Shown here: in pieces, positions 58,781 through 64,000 of the stretch
How the letters are laid out: each line of letters starts with the position of its first letter
How positions within the stretch are numbered: position 1 is the first letter of the stretch
From: Lysobacterales bacterium
Lineage (GTDB): Bacteria > Pseudomonadota > Gammaproteobacteria > Xanthomonadales > Xanthomonadaceae
NCBI GenBank assembly: GCA_038205755.1
Contig: JBBRBN010000002.1
Span: 14,206-78,205, forward strand
Reading direction: 5' to 3'
Length of the DNA: 64,000 nucleotides
Notes under the pieces: model-generated
Databases searched by the model: none
What the model was told of the DNA's origin: nothing
What the model saw: only the letters and a program-made list of their open reading frames with translations
Translations under genes and position numbers: made by a program

Positions 58781-59556
58781 GTTCGCCGATGGATCTTGCC
58801 AGGCTGCACGCGTCGCTGGCGGCTGCCACGTCGTCACCCATCCCGCCTGTGGAGTGGGTGGACGAGATCGACTCGACCAGCAGCGCACTGCTGCGGCGCG
58901 CCGCTGAGCTGCCGGACCGCGTCGTTCTCCTGGCCGACCGGCAAACAGCCGGCCGCGGCCGCCGCGGCCGACCCTGGGTGACGCCGCCGGGTGGCAATCT
59001 GGCGCTGTCGATATTCGCGCGCCTGACCCGCGCCCCAAGCGCATTGGGCGGATTGAGTCTGGCCTTGGGCGTGGCCTGTGCCGAGACCCTGCAGGTGCTT
59101 GGCGCCGGCGCTGTGCGGCTTAAATGGCCGAACGACCTGCTGGTCGGGGATCGCAAGCTGGGCGGACTGCTGGTCGAGCTGGCCCGCGCCTCGAGTCAAC
59201 ACGCGGAAGCAGTAGTCGGCCTCGGGCTGAACCTGCGGCTGCCAGCCGCTTCAGACCCGGCCTGGATCGGATTGCACGAACTGGGTGTTGACGCCGACAG
59301 GGTGCAGTTTGCGGCCGGCCTGATCGGCGCCCTGCTGCTCGCGCTTGATGAGTTCGAGCGCGCTGGCTTCGCTGCCTTTGCCGAGCGCTGGGAGAGGCTG
59401 GATGGGCTGCGTGGGAAGCAGGTACGGGTCATCGCTGCCGACGTCCAGCACCACGGCACGGCGCTCGGCGTGCGCGCCGACGGCGCATTGCTGGTGGGTT
59501 GCGGCGGCGTTGAACGCGCCTTTGCAAGCGCTGACGTGAGCGTTCGAGCACCATGA
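58777..59556 (+). CDS. birA: Biotin--[acetyl-CoA-carboxylase] ligase (BirA, group I, no N-terminal HTH)
   Basis: GRGRRGRPW motif and the KWPNDLL lysine region. It is followed by coaX, as in many proteobacteria. Confidence 0.8.
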   Translation: MSSPMDLARLHASLAAATSSPIPPVEWVDEIDSTSSALLRRAAELPDRVVLLADRQTAGRGRRGRPWVTPPGGNLALSIFARLTRAPSALGGLSLALGVACAETLQVLGAGAVRLKWPNDLLVGDRKLGGLLVELARASSQHAEAVVGLGLNLRLPAASDPAWIGLHELGVDADRVQFAAGLIGALLLALDEFERAGFAAFAERWERLDGLRGKQVRVIAADVQHHGTALGVRADGALLVGCGGVERAFASADVSVRAP

Positions 59557-60290
59557 TCCTGCTGCTGGACCTTGGCAATTCCCGCCTGAAGTGGGCGCGC
59601 TGGGACGGCCGCGAGCTGGAGCCGATGCAGGCCAGCGAACTCGACGCAGCGCTAACACTGCCCGCGGCGCGGGGCGCACGGCTGGTCTCGAGCAGCGCTG
59701 ATGCCGGTCGCCTGTCGCTGCTGCACGACCGGGTCGCTGCGGCGGGCATCGAACATCTTGAGGTGCTTGGCCCGCCGCAGCACGACGCGCTGCTGACGCT
59801 GGCCTACGCTGATCCCGCCACGCTGGGGACGGATCGCTGGTTGGCCATGCGGGCAGGGCGCGCCGCGCGCTCGGGCAGCTTCGTGGTCGCAAGCGTGGGT
59901 ACTGCGCTGACCGTTGATGCAGTGGATGCGCAGGGTCACCACCTGGGCGGCTGCATTGCGCCTGGGCCGACCGCCATGCGCAGCGTGCTGTTGGCGCGCG
60001 CCCCGCACCTGGGTGACGCCGGCGGTCACTTGCAGCTGTTCTCAACCCGCACTGCGGATGCGGTTCACTCGGGACCGCTGCTGGCGGCAGCTGCTCTGAT
60101 CGAGCGGCTGCTGCGAGGCTTGGCCGAACATGCGGGCGGAACGCCGCGTCTGCTGCTTACCGGCGGCGGCGCGGCAGCGCTTCTCCCTGCGCTGAGCGCA
60201 CCCGCCGAGCTGCTTCCCGACCTGGTGCTGCGCGGCATGCTGACGCTGGCATCAGCAGCACGCGGCGGAGCTGAAGGACTTCCACGCTAA
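59553..60290 (+). CDS. coaX: Type III pantothenate kinase
   Basis: MILLLDLGNSRLKWA is the ASKHA phosphate-1 motif, and the size fits CoaX. Start overlaps the birA stop in an ATGA junction. Confidence 0.85.
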   Translation: MILLLDLGNSRLKWARWDGRELEPMQASELDAALTLPAARGARLVSSSADAGRLSLLHDRVAAAGIEHLEVLGPPQHDALLTLAYADPATLGTDRWLAMRAGRAARSGSFVVASVGTALTVDAVDAQGHHLGGCIAPGPTAMRSVLLARAPHLGDAGGHLQLFSTRTADAVHSGPLLAAAALIERLLRGLAEHAGGTPRLLLTGGGAAALLPALSAPAELLPDLVLRGMLTLASAARGGAEGLPR

Positions 60291-60321
60291 ACTCGCCGCT
60301 GGTTCAACCCCCTGGTCCTCA

Positions 60322-60987
60322 ATGCTGCTGCGCGCCCTCGTCCTGCTGCTGCTGGCAATGAATGTCGGTGCCGCCGCGTGGTGGCTTCTGCGGCCACCGC
60401 CGGTGCCGCCGACGCTGCTACCGGCAAATGATCCCGACGTGCCGGCGCTGGTCCTGCTGAGCGAGCTGGAGCCGACCGCCGCCGCGCTGATGGCAGAGGT
60501 CACCGAGCCGCCGGTGCCGATTCCCGTGGCAACCTCGCGCGCGTGCCTGGAGATTGGCCCGTTTCTTACCCAGGCCGATCTGCGCCGGGCCCTGGCGGCG
60601 CTGACTCCCGGCGCGCTGCGGATCCAGTTTCGCGAGGCCACGGCTGTTGTGCAGCGCGGCTATCGAGTCTTCCTGCCGGCGCCACCGACGCGCGAAGCGG
60701 CGCTGGCCGCCGCACGTGGACTGTTTGGCCGCGGACTGCGCGACTACTACGTGGTCACCTCGGGCGAGGACGAGAACACCATCTCGTTTGGCCTCTATCG
60801 CAGCGAGGCCAACGCAAAGCGCCGGCAGGTCGAAGTGCTGACCTTTGGCGTTGAGGCTCGGGTCGAGCCGCGCAGTGAATCCATCCCGCAGTTCTGGGTC
60901 GATCTCGACGGCAGCGCGGGCTTCGACTGGCGCGCCGTCCTTGGTGGCTACAGTGGCGTCGCCAGCCGCGACATTCCCTGCGACTGA
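60322..60987 (+). CDS. SPOR (sporulation-related, peptidoglycan-binding) domain protein with N-terminal anchor
   Basis: The C-terminus YRVFLPAPPTREAALAAARGL...YRSEANAKRR...LTFG has a SPOR fold. The Pro-rich linker is also typical. Confidence 0.65.
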   Translation: MLLRALVLLLLAMNVGAAAWWLLRPPPVPPTLLPANDPDVPALVLLSELEPTAAALMAEVTEPPVPIPVATSRACLEIGPFLTQADLRRALAALTPGALRIQFREATAVVQRGYRVFLPAPPTREAALAAARGLFGRGLRDYYVVTSGEDENTISFGLYRSEANAKRRQVEVLTFGVEARVEPRSESIPQFWVDLDGSAGFDWRAVLGGYSGVASRDIPCD

Positions 60988-61072
60988 ATCGAACAAGGAC
61001 AGGTATGGCAAGCAGCGCTTGCAGCGGTTGCTTCAAGCAGTTGCTGCAGCCAGTTGATACACTTGGCGGCTT

Positions 61073-61149
61073 CGCCGGCATAGCTCAGTTGGTAGAGCAA
61101 CCGCCTTGTAAGCGGTAGGTCCCCAGTTCGAATCCGGGTGTCGGCACCA
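61073..61149 (+). tRNA. tRNA-Thr (anticodon TGT)
   Basis: Cloverleaf folds as expected. The anticodon loop is CTTGTAA, the T-loop is GGTTCGAATCC-like and there is a 3' CCA. Confidence 0.85.
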
Positions 61150-61254
61150 CCCCAGCAAGCCCTGCCCGCACCCCGCACCCCGCACCCTGCGCCTCGCCGC
61201 ACTTGCCGCGATCCGGCGCCTCCAGCGGCCCGCAAGCACCCACAGGACTCCGCC

Positions 61255-62172
61255 ATGCACAAACAATCGATTGCCCTGATCGGCGCGCCGACCGACATCG
61301 GCGCCGGCCATCGCGGTGCCTCCATGGGGCCCGAAGCCCTGCGCGTTGCGGGCATTGCCGAAGCGCTGCGCGAGCGCGGGCTCAGCGTGGTTGATCGCGG
61401 CAACGTAAGCGGTCCGCACAATCCGTGGCTGCCTCCGGTTGACGGTTATCGCCATCTGGCCGAGGTGGTGGCCTGGAACCGGGCTGCGATGGATGCGGTT
61501 CGCGCTGAACTCAATGCCGGAAACCTGCCGGTTCTGCTGGGCGGCGATCATTGCCTAGCGGTCGGCTCGATCACGGCGATTGCTGCACATTGCCGCGCAC
61601 AGGGTCGTAAGCTGCGCATTCTGTGGCTCGACGCGCATGCCGATTTCAACACCTCCGAACTGACCCCGTCCGGCAACATCCACGGCATGCCAGTCGCCTG
61701 CTTGTGCGGCAACGGGCCGGAGCCGCTGGTGCGCTTGGGCGGCGATGCGCCGGCGATCGCGCCGGACTCGGTGCGCCAGATCGGCATCCGCTCGGTCGAT
61801 CCTGGCGAGCGACAGCTGGTGCACGAGGCCGGGCTGCACATCTACGACATGCGCTACATCGACGAAATCGGAATGCGGCGCGTGATGGAGGAGGCGCTGG
61901 ATGGGCTCGACGATGACACCCATCTGCACGTCAGTTTCGATGTCGACTTTCTCGACCCGTCGATCGCCCCCGGCGTCGGCACCACGGTGCGTGGCGGCCC
62001 CAGCTACCGCGAGGCGCAGCTGGTCATGGAAATGATTGCCGATACCGGGCGGCTGGCATCGCTCGACATTTTCGAGCTCAATCCGGCCTTCGACAATCAG
62101 AACCAGACCGCCAAGCTGGCGGTGGATCTGGTTGAGAGTCTGTTCGGTAAATCGACCCTGATGCGCGGCTGA
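61255..62172 (+). CDS. Arginase-family ureohydrolase (arginase-like)
   Basis: 305 aa from MHKQSIAL with Mn ligands DAHADFNT, GGDH and SFDVDFLDPS. The ORF-track extension upstream overlaps the tRNA. Confidence 0.8.
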   Translation: MHKQSIALIGAPTDIGAGHRGASMGPEALRVAGIAEALRERGLSVVDRGNVSGPHNPWLPPVDGYRHLAEVVAWNRAAMDAVRAELNAGNLPVLLGGDHCLAVGSITAIAAHCRAQGRKLRILWLDAHADFNTSELTPSGNIHGMPVACLCGNGPEPLVRLGGDAPAIAPDSVRQIGIRSVDPGERQLVHEAGLHIYDMRYIDEIGMRRVMEEALDGLDDDTHLHVSFDVDFLDPSIAPGVGTTVRGGPSYREAQLVMEMIADTGRLASLDIFELNPAFDNQNQTAKLAVDLVESLFGKSTLMRG

Positions 62173-62283
62173 AACCGGCGCGCCGCGCTTGATTGACCCG
62201 ATCAGTCCGCGCCTGCCTTCTCGATCCCCGCAACGTGCTGCGCCGGGTCTCGCGACCCGGCGCAGCAAGGAAACCTGGGTGCC

Positions 62284-63075
62284 TCAGCGCCAGCGCGGCG
62301 GGTCCGGCACAAAGCCGAGCGGGAACGGGTCCGGCTGCTGGCGCGGTGACCGCCGCGGCGAGGGGATGATGCCGCGCGCGATCAGCGTCCGGGTGTCGTC
62401 GTAGTACAGGGACGTGACCTGCTCTGGGCGGGTTGAGGCGCGGACGAACGCGGTGCGCGAGATCGGATCGTAGCGCCGCTCACCGTGGCCAGTGCCCAGC
62501 TCCTGCGCGGCCTGCGGCGCCGACTTGCTCGACGCACCCGCCTGATCCGCCAGGCTGCGCGAGCGCCGTTCGGACTCGCCGCCATAGGCCGGCGGAGCCG
62601 TCGGTCGCGCGTACTGGCGCTCGCGGAACACCGCGATGCCGATGACGCCGACATGGTCCGGTCGCCGGGTGCGCGCGGCATAGCTGTCGCCAAGATCGGT
62701 GAACACGAACTCGGCGACGCTCGACAGGTCCTTGCGCCAGCCGCGCACCTCGGTGCGCTGCCAGGGACCCAGCACATAGCCGGACTGCGCGGGGTTCGCG
62801 GTTTGTCCGGTGACCGCGTTGACGCCGTCCACCGACAGCACGGCGAGCACGCGGTCCGGGCTGCGGTTCTCCAGCACCACCGCGTAGCGATGGCCGGGGG
62901 TACCCGGCACGTGCGCGTTGCCACTGTTCCAATAGACCGGCAGCACCTGCCCGGTGTCGAGGTCGCGCAGCGAGAGGTCAACCGGCGAGGACTGCCGTGC
63001 CTGGGCAGCGCCCGTGAGCAGCAGTATGGCCAGAGCAGCGAGTGAGCGAATCATGGTGAGTCTCCGTGTGAGCAT
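62284..63075 (-). CDS. Secreted hypothetical protein (signal peptide; start possibly 63054)
   Basis: MIRSLAALAILLLTGAAQA is a signal peptide. No family recognised. Confidence 0.5.
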   Translation of the reverse strand: MLTRRLTMIRSLAALAILLLTGAAQARQSSPVDLSLRDLDTGQVLPVYWNSGNAHVPGTPGHRYAVVLENRSPDRVLAVLSVDGVNAVTGQTANPAQSGYVLGPWQRTEVRGWRKDLSSVAEFVFTDLGDSYAARTRRPDHVGVIGIAVFRERQYARPTAPPAYGGESERRSRSLADQAGASSKSAPQAAQELGTGHGERRYDPISRTAFVRASTRPEQVTSLYYDDTRTLIARGIIPSPRRSPRQQPDPFPLGFVPDPPRWR

Positions 63076-63175
63076 CAGGCTCGCTGACGTGAAACGCGTG
63101 ATGCCGGCAATCGGGGTTGTCGCGCAAGGCTGGCGTACACTTCCGGCCCCCTTTCGTTCACCTCCGGCTTAGCCA

Positions 63176-64000
63176 ATGCGCCCCGCTGTTCGCGTTCTCA
63201 CCGGCATCACCACGTCTGGAACGCCGCACCTTGGCAATTACGTCGGCGCCATCCGTCCGGCGCTGGCGGCCAGCCGCCAGGCCGGCGTCGAATCGTTCTA
63301 TTTTCTGGCCGACTATCACGCACTCATCAAGGTGGGCGAGCCGGCGCGGGTGCAGCGCTCGACGCTGGAGATCGCCGCCGCTTGGCTGGCCTGCGGACTG
63401 GACCCGGACAGCGTTTGGTTCTATCGGCAGAGCGACATTCCCCAGATCCCGGAGCTGACCTGGCTGCTGACCTGCGTCGCTGCCAAGGGGCTGTTGAATC
63501 GCGCGCATGCCTACAAGGCGGCGGTTGATCGCAACACCGAGAACGCAGAAGACCCCGACGCTGGCGTCAGCGCGGGGCTGTTCATGTACCCGGTGCTGAT
63601 GGCGGCCGACATTCTGATGTTCAACGCGCAGCGGGTGCCGGTGGGACGCGATCAGATCCAGCACATCGAGATGGCGCGCGACATTGCCGCGCGCTTCAAC
63701 CATCTGTACGGCGAGCACTTCGTGCTGCCCGAGGCCGCCATCGAAGAACACGTCGCCACTTTGCCGGGCACCGACGGTCGGAAGATGAGCAAGAGCTACG
63801 ACAACACCATTCCGCTGTTTGCCAGCGCTGTCGAGTTGAAGAAGGCGGTGCTCGGCATCGTCACCGACAGTCGCACGCCGGGCGAGCCCAAGGATGCCGA
63901 CAGCTCCAACGTGTTCCAGCTCCATCGAGCCTTTGCCAGCAGCGACGAGACCAGCGCCATGCGCACCGCTTTTGAGCAGGGTATCGCCTGGGGTGAGGCC
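63176..64000 (+). CDS. trpS: Tryptophan--tRNA ligase, N-terminal about 275 codons (continues beyond window end)
   Basis: Class I aaRS HIGH-type motif [14 protein letters not shown] and KMSKS motif [12 protein letters not shown]. Confidence 0.9.
   Translation, partial: MRPAVRVLTGITTSGTPHLGNYVGAIRPALAASRQAGVESFYFLADYHALIKVGEPARVQRSTLEIAAAWLACGLDPDSVWFYRQSDIPQIPELTWLLTCVAAKGLLNRAHAYKAAVDRNTENAEDPDAGVSAGLFMYPVLMAADILMFNAQRVPVGRDQIQHIEMARDIAARFNHLYGEHFVLPEAAIEEHVATLPGTDGRKMSKSYDNTIPLFASAVELKKAVLGIVTDSRTPGEPKDADSSNVFQLHRAFASSDETSAMRTAFEQGIAWGEA

Noticed and set aside
61138-61254. Upstream extension of the arginase ORF to 61138
   Set aside because: It overlaps the 3' end of tRNA-Thr and is Pro/Ala-rich. 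The arginase family N-terminus begins at MHKQSIALIGAP (61255).

Overview
This 64 kb window is a high-GC (roughly two-thirds G+C) gammaproteobacterial chromosomal segment with strong third-codon-position GC bias. It has four parts.

(1) Polyamine catabolism island (about 1..22250). A spuABCD-FGH-like putrescine uptake and gamma-glutamylation operon reads on the minus strand: potH' (partial), potG, potF, spuC, puuA, puuD. Divergent from it are a second gamma-glutamylpolyamine synthetase, a puuB-like oxidase, the puuC/kauB aldehyde dehydrogenase and the puuR-like XRE/cupin repressor. A beta-alanine branch follows (class III transaminase, ald, mmsA, agmatinase-family ureohydrolase). The island is interrupted by a desT-desCB-like fatty-acid desaturase module, a TonB C-terminal-domain protein and an orphan AbrB/VapB-like antitoxin gene.

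(2) Housekeeping genes: ubiE, ndh, rsmC-like, rsuA, gpmI, envC, ctpA, mtfA, plsY, birA, coaX, a SPOR protein, tRNA-Thr(TGT), arginase and trpS' (partial).

(3) Secreted or peptidase genes: M1 and M28 aminopeptidases, an alpha/beta hydrolase, a beta-helix-like repeat protein, and a choice-of-anchor-D protein with an IPTL/PEP-CTERM-like tail.

(4) The candidate of most interest: a co-oriented NfeD-like (YqiJ/DUF1449) membrane protein, a 678-aa flotillin/SPFH protein and an uncharacterised 1745-aa protein with a C-terminal MoxR/AAA_5-type ATPase domain. The flotillin and giant genes are separated by a G-rich/C-rich inverted-repeat element.

Seven copies of an approximately 165-bp MITE-like element with about 25-bp terminal inverted repeats (plus one solo-TIR fragment) occupy intergenic regions and generate conserved spurious ORFs. 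Two gene remnants are present: a GspE/PilB-like ATPase lacking its Walker core, and a GT4 glycosyltransferase N-terminus. No CRISPR array, prophage, integrase or transposase gene is visible.
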